From assembly GCA_035557575.1 (NCBI GenBank), contig DATMDS010000231.1:209-64208 (forward strand): a stretch of 64,000 nt of DNA. Reading direction: 5' to 3'. Below are positions 40,415 through 48,890 of the stretch, one piece after another. The position numbers and the translations under genes were made by a program. This stretch comes from Pseudonocardia sp. Its GTDB lineage: Bacteria > Actinomycetota > Actinomycetes > Mycobacteriales > Pseudonocardiaceae. A model generated the notes under the pieces. It ran no database searches. It saw only the letters and a list, made by a program, of their open reading frames with translations, and was not told the origin of the DNA. Each line of letters starts with the position of its first letter. The stretch's first letter is position 1.

Positions 40415-41955
40415 GCCGGCAGCCCGGTGATGCGCTGTGCGGCCAACCGGCCGGAGATCAGCACCGGTGGAATGCCCACCCCCGGAGTGGTGCCGCACCC
40501 GGCCAACACCAGGTTGTCCAGGCCGCGGACCAGGTTGCGCGGCCGGAACGGGCCGGTCTGGGCGAACGTGTGGGCCAGCGCGAACGGGGTCCCGGCGGCC
40601 AGTCCCTCCGCGGCCCAGTCCGCGGGGGTGACGAGGCGACTGATCTCGACGTCGCCGGCCAGGTCGGTCAGCCCGGGATGGCCGCGCCGGTCGAGCTCGA
40701 CCAGCAGCTCGTCGCGGTAGCGCGGCCCGACCCGGGCCCAGTCGATCGATGCTCCGACCTCCAGGTTGGGACAGGGCGCCAGCACGAACAGCAGGTCGGC
40801 ACCGGCTGGGGCGAGCTCCGGGTCGGTCGCCGTCGGCCTGGTCACGAGCAGCGACGGGTCGCTCATCAACCGACCGTCGCTGATGATCTCCGAGAACGTG
40901 TCCCGCCACGCCCCGCCGAACGAGATCGTGTGATGGGCGAGAGCGGGCCGGGAGCGGGCCAGTCCGGCGTGCAGCACGACCGCGCTGGGCGAGTACCGCA
41001 ACCGGACCGGGCGCCGCGGCTGCCGGCCCAGCATCCGGTAGCCGGCGGCGAGATCGGTGCTCAGCACCACCGCGTCGGCGCCCAGTCGCTCCAGCTCGTC
41101 CGTCCCGTTGCCGGTGGAGTCCCGGTGGCGCACCGCGGTGATGCGGCCGGCGGCCCGCTCGAGCCCGGTGACGGTCCGGCCGTAGTGCACGGTGGCGCCG
41201 GCCGCCCGGGCGGCGTCGGCCATGGCCTCCCCGATCCGGCGCATCCCGCCGCGGGGGAAGTAGACGCCGCGCACGGTGTCCATGTAGGCGATCACGCCGT
41301 AGGCGGCCAGCGCGGCCTGCGGCGGCACCCCGGCGTACAGCGCCTGGAACGAGAAGATCCGCTGTAGACGTGGATCCGGCAGGAACCGGGCCACCCGGCC
41401 GCCGAGCCGGCCGAAGCCGCCCAGTCCGGCCAGCCGCACCAGGTCGGGACCCAGCAGGTCGAGTGGCGAGTCGAAGTTGCGGCCGATGAACGAGTCGATC
41501 TGCACCTGGTAGAGCCGGGTCAACCAGTCCCGCATCCGGCGGTAGCCCGCGGCGGACTCCGGCCCGCAGACGGCGCGGATCTCGGCCTCCATCCGCTCCG
41601 GGTCGGTGTGCACGTCGATCGTCGAGCCGTCGGCGAAATGGGTCCGGTAGCCGGGGTCGAGCTCGATCAGCTCCAGCCGGTCCCCGGATTTCTCACCGAC
41701 CGCAGCGAACGGCTCGTCCAGCAGCTCGGGCATGGTCAGCACGGTCGGGCCGGTGTCGACCAGGTAGCGGCCGCGCTCGGTGTGCAGGTCCAGCTGCCCG
41801 GCCCGGCCGCCGGGGTGCTCGGCGCGCTCCAGCACGGTCACCCGCCGACCGCTGCCCAGCAGGTGCAGCGCCGCGGACAGGCCGGCGAACCCGGCCCCGA
41901 CGACGACCACGTGGTCGGTGCGACCGGGCACGGTCGCCGTCCGTCGCCCGGTCAT
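40411..41955 (-). CDS. crtI: Phytoene desaturase
   Basis: VVVGAGFAGLSAA, DTGPTVLTMP, FSFQALYAG, HTFAQTGPFRP, TTPGVGIPPVLISG. Confidence 0.93.
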   Translation of the reverse strand: MTGRRTATVPGRTDHVVVVGAGFAGLSAALHLLGSGRRVTVLERAEHPGGRAGQLDLHTERGRYLVDTGPTVLTMPELLDEPFAAVGEKSGDRLELIELDPGYRTHFADGSTIDVHTDPERMEAEIRAVCGPESAAGYRRMRDWLTRLYQVQIDSFIGRNFDSPLDLLGPDLVRLAGLGGFGRLGGRVARFLPDPRLQRIFSFQALYAGVPPQAALAAYGVIAYMDTVRGVYFPRGGMRRIGEAMADAARAAGATVHYGRTVTGLERAAGRITAVRHRDSTGNGTDELERLGADAVVLSTDLAAGYRMLGRQPRRPVRLRYSPSAVVLHAGLARSRPALAHHTISFGGAWRDTFSEIISDGRLMSDPSLLVTRPTATDPELAPAGADLLFVLAPCPNLEVGASIDWARVGPRYRDELLVELDRRGHPGLTDLAGDVEISRLVTPADWAAEGLAAGTPFALAHTFAQTGPFRPRNLVRGLDNLVLAGCGTTPGVGIPPVLISGRLAAQRITGLPA

Positions 41956-43055
41956 CGCATCCTGCGACCGGCGTCGACGGCCAGCTCGGCCAGCCGCTGC
42001 CGGGCCGGCTCGCCGATGTCCGCGGCCGTGAGCGCGTCCAGCCCCGAATCGGTCAGGTCGCTGATCCGGCGCTCGACCGCGCGCACCGCGCCCAGCTCCA
42101 GCAGCAGGTCGCGGACCCGGTCCAGCGCCTGGGCGTCGAGGTCGGCGTTGCCCACCGCGTCGTCGATCACGGCCAGGGCCGCCTGCCGCCCGCTGCTCGC
42201 GGCCGCCTCTGCCGCCACCGCCAGCAGCAGCGTCCGCTTGCCCTCGCGCAGGTCGTCGCCGGCCGGCTTCCCGGTGACGGCCGGGTCCCCGAACACGCCG
42301 AGCAGGTCGTCGCGCAGCTGGAAGGCGACGCCGATGTCGGCGCCGAACATCCGGTAGGCGCGGATCAGCTCGGGCCCGGCCGCGGCGATCGCGGCACCGA
42401 CGTGCAGCGGTCGCTCGACCGTGTAGGCCGCCGTCTTGTAGCGGTCGATCTGCAGTGCGGCCCGCACCGAACGGTCGCCCGTCGCCTGGTGCAGCACGTC
42501 CAGGTACTGCCCGCCGAGCACCTCGGTGCGCATGGCCTCCCAGGGCTCGGCCACGCGCAGCAGCGCCGGCCCCGGCAGCCCCGCGCTGCGCAGCATGTCG
42601 TCGGCCCAGGCCAGCGCGAGGTCGCCGAGCAGGATGGCGGCCGCCGCCCCGAACGCGTCCGGCCGGCCGCCCCAGCCGGCGTCGGTGTGCCGCCGGGCGA
42701 ACGCCACGTGCACGGTCGGTCGGCCGCGGCGGGTGGCCGAGGAGTCCATCAGGTCGTCGTGGATCAGCGCGCAGGCCTGCACCAGCTCCAGGGCGCTGAT
42801 CGCCCTGGTCACCGCCGGGGCCTCCGGGGAGGCCGGGTCTCCGCCGGCGCCGCACCAGCCCCACCAGGCGAAGGTCGGGCGGATGCGCTTCCCGCCGCCG
42901 AGCACGAACTCCTCCAGCGCGAAGGTGGCCTCGGTGAACAGCGGGTCGACGGCGTCCGTGGCGGCCCGCCGCGCGCGCAGGAACTCGCGCAGGGCCTGCT
43001 CGATGGAAACGGTCGGCGCGGCGGTGGTGTCCGGGGCGGTGCGGACGCCGGTCAT
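41952..43055 (-). CDS. crtE: Geranylgeranyl diphosphate synthase (IdsA/CrtE)
   Basis: GGKRIRP, LIHDDLMD..RRG, GQYLD, KTA, FQLRDDLLG, DLREGK. Confidence 0.9.
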   Translation of the reverse strand: MTGVRTAPDTTAAPTVSIEQALREFLRARRAATDAVDPLFTEATFALEEFVLGGGKRIRPTFAWWGWCGAGGDPASPEAPAVTRAISALELVQACALIHDDLMDSSATRRGRPTVHVAFARRHTDAGWGGRPDAFGAAAAILLGDLALAWADDMLRSAGLPGPALLRVAEPWEAMRTEVLGGQYLDVLHQATGDRSVRAALQIDRYKTAAYTVERPLHVGAAIAAAGPELIRAYRMFGADIGVAFQLRDDLLGVFGDPAVTGKPAGDDLREGKRTLLLAVAAEAAASSGRQAALAVIDDAVGNADLDAQALDRVRDLLLELGAVRAVERRISDLTDSGLDALTAADIGEPARQRLAELAVDAGRRMR

Positions 43056-43167
43056 TGCGCGCGCCGGGTCGCGGGGGAGGGGAAGCGCGGTGGGAGCACG
43101 GTTGGAGAGTATCGGCGTCGGCCGCCTCCAGCGCGGTGACGCTGCGTGCGTCCGTACCCTTACCGGT

Positions 43168-44073
43168 GTGAAGATCACCCAACGGATCAGCGGAGACCGG
43201 CCCGTGTTCTCGGTCGAGTTCTTCCCGCCGAAGGACGAGGCGGGGGAGGTCGAGCTGTGGCGGGCCGTGCGCCGGCTGGAGCCGATGGATCCGGCCTTCG
43301 TCTCCGTGACCTACGGCGCCGGGGGATCGAGCCGGGACCGGACGATCCGGACCACCGCCCGCATCGCCACCGACACCACGCTGGTCCCGATGGCGCATCT
43401 CACCGCGGTCTCGCATTCGGTGGCCGAGCTGCGCCAGGTGATCGGGGCCTACGCCGCGGCCGGCATCGTCAACGTGCTGGCGGTGCGCGGGGACCCGGTC
43501 GGCGATCCACTGGGGGACTGGATCCCGCATCCGGAGGGCCTGACCTACGCCGAGGACCTGGTGCGGCTGGTCCGCCGGCTCGGCGACTTCTGCGTCGGGG
43601 TGGCCGCCTTCCCCTACGGCCACCCGCGCTCGGCCGACGCGGACGCGGACCTGGCCAGGCTGCTCGCCAAGATCCGGGCCGGCGCCGACTTCGCGATCAG
43701 CCAGCTGTTCCTGGAACCCGAGGGCTTCCTGCGGCTGCGCGACCGCCTGGTCGCCGCCGGCTGCGACGTCCCGCTGCTACCCGGGATCATGCCGTTGACC
43801 ACGGTGCGGACCCTGCGCCGCGGGCCCGAGCTGTCCGGTGCGCCGCTGCCGCCCGCGCTGCAGCAGCGGATGGCGCCCTACGCCGACGACCCGGCGGGCT
43901 TCCGGGCGGTCGGGATGGACGTCACCACCGAGCTGTGCGCCCGGCTGCTGGACGAGGGGGTGCGGGGGCTGCACTTCTACACGCTGAACCGGTCGACGGC
44001 GACCGCCGAGCTGGTGCGCCGGCTCGGGCTGGCGGCCGACCGGCCGGCCGCGCTCAGCGAGCGGACGGGTTGA
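43168..44073 (+). CDS. metF: 5,10-methylenetetrahydrofolate reductase
   Basis: FSVEFFPPK, SVTYGAGGS, AHLT, RGDP, ISQLF, HFYTLNRS. Confidence 0.93.
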   Translation: MKITQRISGDRPVFSVEFFPPKDEAGEVELWRAVRRLEPMDPAFVSVTYGAGGSSRDRTIRTTARIATDTTLVPMAHLTAVSHSVAELRQVIGAYAAAGIVNVLAVRGDPVGDPLGDWIPHPEGLTYAEDLVRLVRRLGDFCVGVAAFPYGHPRSADADADLARLLAKIRAGADFAISQLFLEPEGFLRLRDRLVAAGCDVPLLPGIMPLTTVRTLRRGPELSGAPLPPALQQRMAPYADDPAGFRAVGMDVTTELCARLLDEGVRGLHFYTLNRSTATAELVRRLGLAADRPAALSERTG

Positions 44074-44719
44074 CCGGCGGGTTGCGGGTGTGCCTGGCGT
44101 AGAGCACGGTGCCGGCCGCGGCCGCAGCCACCAGCGCCCCCATCAGGAGGGTCCAGTTCAGCGGTGACGGTGCGTTCGGATCGTCCGAGGCGGCGACGGC
44201 CGAGAAGTCCCCGACCTCGCTCGGGGTGAACGTCCAGCTCACCGTGTCGCCGTCGGCTTCGCCGTTGGTGTCCAGCACCTCGCCGGGAAAGCTGATCTTG
44301 AGCTGGAAGTCGGCCCGGTCCACGGGGACCTGCGTCAGGTCGGCGGACCCGGTGACCACCAGCCGGTTGCCGCCCCGGCGCAGCTGGAACCGGACGGCGC
44401 TGCCGGCCGGGCCGGCCGCCTGGCTCAGCTCGGCGACCTGTTCGAAGGTGAGGCCGGAGAACCGCAGCACCGAACCGGCGTAGCCGTCCTGCCGGTAGCT
44501 GCTGATCTCCACGTCGGACTGCAGGCCCGGCGGCACCTCGACGGCCGGTCCGGTGTCGTCCGGCCCCTGTTCCGGGGTGGCGATGATGATCTCGCCGGTC
44601 ACGGTGTCGTCGGGCTGCACCGCGAGCGCGGTGCGCACCCGGGCGCATCCGGACAATCCGGCGCCGACCAGGAGCAGGGCGAGCAGCAGCGTCAGCAGGC
44701 GGCGCACGGTCGGGGGCAC
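44054..44719 (-). CDS. lppM: LppM/DUF3153 lipoprotein
   Basis: Lipobox LSGC, VQPDDTVTGEIIIA, C-terminal TM; start uncertain. Confidence 0.75.
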   Translation of the reverse strand: MPPTVRRLLTLLLALLLVGAGLSGCARVRTALAVQPDDTVTGEIIIATPEQGPDDTGPAVEVPPGLQSDVEISSYRQDGYAGSVLRFSGLTFEQVAELSQAAGPAGSAVRFQLRRGGNRLVVTGSADLTQVPVDRADFQLKISFPGEVLDTNGEADGDTVSWTFTPSEVGDFSAVAASDDPNAPSPLNWTLLMGALVAAAAAGTVLYARHTRNPPVNPSAR

Positions 44720-44769
44720 CGGCCCATGGTGCCATCGCCCCTCCCGCACCCGATCCGGTACGGGGGTGC

Positions 44770-45351
44770 TCAGTCGGGGACGCGGGGCAGCGGCAGCGGC
44801 AGCTCCCGACCGAGCACCGCGAACGGGCGGAAGTCGCCGGTGAAGCGGTGTTCACGCAGCACATCCCGGAAGCCGAGGCGGCGGTAGAGCTGCCAGGCCC
44901 GGCCCGGTGGCCGGTCGCCGTACTCCGGGGTGGACAGCAGCACCCGGGAGCGGTCGGTCCCGGCGAGCAGGGCCCGCAGCAGGCCCTCGCCGAGGCCGTG
45001 CCCCTGGGCATCGGGCCGCACGTGCAGCTCGGTGAGCTCGAAGTAGTCCTCCAGCCACCGCTGGTCGCCGTGGGCGTCGCGCAGCCCGCGGCGCACCTCC
45101 TCGTACCACCACTGGCCCTGGCTCCCGCCGTAGCCGTAGCTCACGCCCAGCAGCGAGTCGGCCGCGTCCAGCCAGCCCACCGCGCGCCAGCCGGGCCGGT
45201 TCAGGTGCTCCAGCCAGAGGTTGCGGCGCTGCCGGGCGGTGCCCGGGGGATAGCCCATCGCGCTGACGTACACGTGCAGGGCCTCCGCCAGGCGCGCCGT
45301 GAGGGCCTGCGCGCTGAGCTCGACGAGCCGCTGAGCCGGAGCCCTGGTCAC
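44770..45351 (-). CDS. GNAT acetyltransferase (Rv2170-like)
   Basis: YVSAMGYP, YFELTELHVRPDAQGHGLG, LLSTPE, LYRRLGF. Confidence 0.88.
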   Translation of the reverse strand: MTRAPAQRLVELSAQALTARLAEALHVYVSAMGYPPGTARQRRNLWLEHLNRPGWRAVGWLDAADSLLGVSYGYGGSQGQWWYEEVRRGLRDAHGDQRWLEDYFELTELHVRPDAQGHGLGEGLLRALLAGTDRSRVLLSTPEYGDRPPGRAWQLYRRLGFRDVLREHRFTGDFRPFAVLGRELPLPLPRVPD

Positions 45352-45402
45352 CGGCTCATCTCACCATGCCGGACCGGGATACGTCGTCCCCCTCGATCCG
45401 AC

Positions 45403-45456
45403 TTGACGTCGCGCGCCGGGCGCGCTGTACTGGTCATCGATCGAACATGTGTTCGA
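45403..45456 (+). promoter_or_regulatory. Promoter with perfect actinobacterial LexA SOS box
   Basis: TTGACG (45403-45408), 17 nt, TGTACT; TCGAAC-ATGT-GTTCGA at 45441-45456. Confidence 0.85.
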
Positions 45457-45538
45457 TCACCGCCGCCCGGCGGAGGGGCGAGGGAAGCGCTTCGCCGCCG
45501 GGTGGGCCGGTCGACGGTCCTTCCAGGGAGGGTACGGC

Positions 45539-45856
45539 GTGAACGCATTCGGCCGGGTGTTCGGATCACGTCAGCCGACCCCCATCCAGGTGCGGTGGCA
45601 GGACGGTGAGCCGGTCGAATTCCAGCGCCGGCCGATCCGGCGCGGGCCGCGCTACCTGATCACCGACGTGCGCGAGCGGTGGATCGAGGAGTCGCCGTGG
45701 CCGTTCCCCTCGCCGATGCCGGTCGGCGGCGACCGGATGCGGTGCTGGCGGGTGGTCGCCCGATCCGCGGGCGAGCCGGACGCTCCGGCCCGCGAGTTCG
45801 TGCTGCGGATGCGGGCCGGTCCCGGCGTCTGGGACCTGATCCGGGTCCCGGACTGA
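45539..45856 (+). CDS. DUF6504-like small protein
   Basis: PIQVR..PVEF..RYLITDVRERWIEESPW..WRVVA..WDLIRVPD; AGGGAGG SD. Confidence 0.7.
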   Translation: MNAFGRVFGSRQPTPIQVRWQDGEPVEFQRRPIRRGPRYLITDVRERWIEESPWPFPSPMPVGGDRMRCWRVVARSAGEPDAPAREFVLRMRAGPGVWDLIRVPD

Positions 45857-45902
45857 TGGCACCGCACCGCCCACCGCCCATGCCCACCACCAGGAGTCGG
45901 TC

Positions 45903-46391
45903 ATGACTGTCACGACGATCAGCCCCTCTCGTTCCCGGTCGTCCCCGCGACGCGGGTCGGTGCCGACGGCTCCCGTGCCGGCGCCGCGCCGGGAGCCGCC
46001 GCGCCCTCCGGTGCCGGCGCCGACCCCGCGGTCGGCCGTGGGGCTGCTCCGCCAAGCCGCCGACGGCATCGCCGAGGCGCACCGGGAGCCGGACCCGATC
46101 ACCCGCTACCCGCTGGCCTACCTGGCGGCGCTGCGGGCGGCCGCGGCCGTGCTCGCGGTGCGGGCCACGCCGCAGCCCCGTCGCGGCAGCACCCGCAACG
46201 CCTGGCAGTTGCTCGCGGTCGTGGCGCCCGAGCTGGGCGAGTGGGCGGCCTTCTTCGCCTCCTGCTCGGCCACCCGGGCCGCCGCCGAGGCCGGCATCAC
46301 CCGGCTGGTCGGGCAGCGCGACGCCGACGACCTGCTCCGCCAGTCCGAGCAGTTCGTGCAGCTGGTGGGGTCGCTGATACCGATGCGGTGA
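45903..46391 (+). CDS. SAV_6107-family HEPN domain protein
   Basis: RYPLAYLAALRAAAAVLA..NAWQLL..APELGEWAAFFA..RAAAEAG..RDADDLLR. Confidence 0.85.
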   Translation: MTVTTISPSRSRSSPRRGSVPTAPVPAPRREPPRPPVPAPTPRSAVGLLRQAADGIAEAHREPDPITRYPLAYLAALRAAAAVLAVRATPQPRRGSTRNAWQLLAVVAPELGEWAAFFASCSATRAAAEAGITRLVGQRDADDLLRQSEQFVQLVGSLIPMR

Positions 46392-46414
46392 CGATCCGGG
46401 CCGCGGCGGTCCGT

Positions 46415-47308
46415 TCAGCCGGTAGCCGGTGGCGCTGCGGCGGTGGTGCCGGCGCGGCGGGTGCGCTCGCTGCGCAGCACCCGGCCCAGCAGCAGGGTGA
46501 ACACCGCCGACGCCTCCCGGGCGCCCGGGGTGTCCCAGCGTTGGATGGGCAGGCATGCACCCTGGGCCTGCTGGATGGCGGAGCGGTCGGGCAGCACCCC
46601 GCTCAGTACCAGCGGCCCGAACAACTCCCGCAGCTCGGCGATCCGGTACTCGTGCTCGGTGTTGCGTGGGCGGACCCGGTTGACGAAGACGCCCAGGGGC
46701 TGCAGGTCGGGGTTGCCGCGCAACCGCTCGGCCTGCACCGCGTCGAAGGCCCGCTGCACACCGGACACCGCGAACATCGTCGGATCGGTGATGAGCACCG
46801 CACGGTGTGCGGCGGCCAGGGCGCTGCGGGTCAGCTGGCCCAGCGACGGTGGGCAATCGATGATCACGAGTCGGTAGGGCTCCGGCGCGACCGGCGGGTG
46901 CTCGCCCGTCGCCCCGGCCGGCGTGTCGTCGGCGCCCCTGGCCGGCGTGTGCTCGTCGAGGTCGGCGATGCGGCGCAGCGCCCGGGCCAACCGCTGCAGC
47001 TGCTTGGCGCCGGGATCGGGGTGGTTGTGTCGCTCGGTCTGCTCCGCGCCGACCAGCACGTCGAGCCCGTCGCCCCAACCGCTCGGGGCGATCGCCCGGC
47101 GCACCATCGAACGGGTCGGCTCGTCCAGCACGTCGGCGACGGTGGCGGTGGTGCCGGCCGGGTCGAGCGCGAGCGTGGCGTTGGCCTGCGGGTCCAGATC
47201 GACCACGAGCGCCCGCAGACCGTGGTGCTGCGCCGCGCCGGCGAGCCCGAGCGCGACCGTGGTCTTGCCGACCCCGCCCTTCAGGCTCAACGTGGCGACC
47301 ACCTGCAC
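46415..47308 (-). CDS. Orphan ParA/Soj-family ATPase
   Basis: LKGGVGKTT deviant Walker A, DLDPQANAT, IDCPPSLG. Confidence 0.85.
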   Translation of the reverse strand: MQVVATLSLKGGVGKTTVALGLAGAAQHHGLRALVVDLDPQANATLALDPAGTTATVADVLDEPTRSMVRRAIAPSGWGDGLDVLVGAEQTERHNHPDPGAKQLQRLARALRRIADLDEHTPARGADDTPAGATGEHPPVAPEPYRLVIIDCPPSLGQLTRSALAAAHRAVLITDPTMFAVSGVQRAFDAVQAERLRGNPDLQPLGVFVNRVRPRNTEHEYRIAELRELFGPLVLSGVLPDRSAIQQAQGACLPIQRWDTPGAREASAVFTLLLGRVLRSERTRRAGTTAAAPPATG

Positions 47309-47435
47309 GGCAAGCAACCTACCCGCACCCCCGGCCCTGGCTCGGTCCGGGCGCGTGCCCGGTCGGGGCCGGGCACGCCGGCCCAGGGACCCTGCGTCGG
47401 GCAGGGCGGCGGCCGCACGGCCTAGGCTGCCGCTC

Positions 47436-48209
47436 GTGGAGGCGCGGGCCAGGGGTGCGGGCGGGCCGCCGTCGGCGGCGGCGGGGGCCGGCCCGGTGCA
47501 CCGCGCCCTGGCCGCCGAACTCGACCGGGTCCGAGCCGATCGTCCCGGCCACCGCCCGATCGTGGTGGACGTCGGCGGGGGCAGCGGGGGCTGGGCGGTG
47601 CCGCTGGCCCGCCGCGGCTGCGCGGTCACGGTCGTCGACAACAGCCCCAACGCGCTGGCCGCCCTGCAACAGCGGGCCCGCGACGCCGGCGTGCACGAGC
47701 TGGTGACACCCGTGCAGGGCGACGTCGACGCGCTGGCCGAGGCGGTCCCGGCCGCCGGCGCCGACCTGGTGCTCGGGCACGGCCTGCTCGAGGTCGTGGA
47801 CGACGCCACGGCGGCCGTGGCTGCGCTCTGCGCGGCGAGCGCTCCGGGCGCCGCGGTGTCGGTGCTGGTGGCTGGCCGCTACGGCGCCGTGCTCGGGCGG
47901 ACCCTGGGTGGTCGGCTGGCGGAGGCGCGCGCCCTGCTCACCGATCCGGACGGCCGGTTCGGCCCCCAGGACGCGCTGCGCCGTCGGCTGGATGCGCACG
48001 CACTGCGCAGCTTGCTCGAGGCGTGCGAGCTGCGCATCGAGCGGCTGCAGGGCGACGGCGTGCTGGAGGGCTGGATCCCCGGATCGGTCCGCGACGGCGG
48101 CCCGGCGGCCACGGCGGCCGTCACGGATCTGGAGGAGCTGGCCGCAGCGGCCGCCCCGCTGCTGGAGGTGGCGGCCCGGCTGCACGCCATGGCGCGGCGG
48201 CCGGCCTGA
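47436..48209 (+). CDS. Class I SAM-dependent methyltransferase
   Basis: VVDVGGGSG, VVDNSPNAL, VQGD, HGLLEVVDD. Confidence 0.82.
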   Translation: MEARARGAGGPPSAAAGAGPVHRALAAELDRVRADRPGHRPIVVDVGGGSGGWAVPLARRGCAVTVVDNSPNALAALQQRARDAGVHELVTPVQGDVDALAEAVPAAGADLVLGHGLLEVVDDATAAVAALCAASAPGAAVSVLVAGRYGAVLGRTLGGRLAEARALLTDPDGRFGPQDALRRRLDAHALRSLLEACELRIERLQGDGVLEGWIPGSVRDGGPAATAAVTDLEELAAAAAPLLEVAARLHAMARRPA

Positions 48210-48465
48210 CCCGGCGCCGGCAGCCCGGTGGTATCCGGCCGCTGACATCGCGCTCGGCCGCCTTTTCGGGGCCGCTGCGGTGCAGATCACACCTTCGCCG
48301 CAGCCGCTCGGAGAAGATCGACCCGTCCGCTTGACGAGTCCGGCTAGTCGCCGGGCCGCGAGACTCGTATCCTCTGCAGTAGACGTCCACTCCCGGGCGC
48401 TCGTCGCGTCGTTCCGGCACCATGGAAGATGACCCGACAACACAGGACCAGTGCCGGAGGAAGCC

Positions 48466-48852
48466 ATGCCCCTCTCCGAGCACGAGCAGCGGTTGCTCGA
48501 ACAGATCGAGCGCGCGCTCTACGCCGAGGACCCCAAGTTCGCATCCACTGTTCGCGGCGGAAGGCTGCGCAAGCCCACCCGACGACGCCGGTTGCAGGGC
48601 GTCGCTGTGTTCGTGGTCGGCTTGGTGCTGCTCGTCGTCGGCGTGGCGGTACCACAGCTCTGGTTGGCGTCGAGCTTCCCGGTGCTGTCGGTGGTCGGTT
48701 TCCTGGTCATGCTCGGCGGCGCAGTCGTCGCGGTGACCTCGGTCGGCGCCAGCGGCCAGGCGCCGCAGCAGGCCAGGAGTGCCGAGCAGGACAAGAACCG
48801 CTTCACCGGCCGCATGGAGGAGCGCTTCCGGCGCCGCTTCGAACAGGAGTAG
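48466..48852 (+). CDS. DUF3040 membrane protein
   Basis: MPLSEHEQRLLEQIERALYAEDPKFA, two TM, RMEERFRRRFE. Confidence 0.9.
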   Translation: MPLSEHEQRLLEQIERALYAEDPKFASTVRGGRLRKPTRRRRLQGVAVFVVGLVLLVVGVAVPQLWLASSFPVLSVVGFLVMLGGAVVAVTSVGASGQAPQQARSAEQDKNRFTGRMEERFRRRFEQE

Positions 48853-48890
48853 CCGCCGCGCCAGATCGTCACAGGCCGCCGCCGTCCGGA

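Noticed and set aside
46415-47308. ParA as evidence of a plasmid, prophage or ICE
   Set aside because: No parB, parS, rep or integrase nearby; orphan ParA homologs are normal chromosomal genes in actinomycetes.
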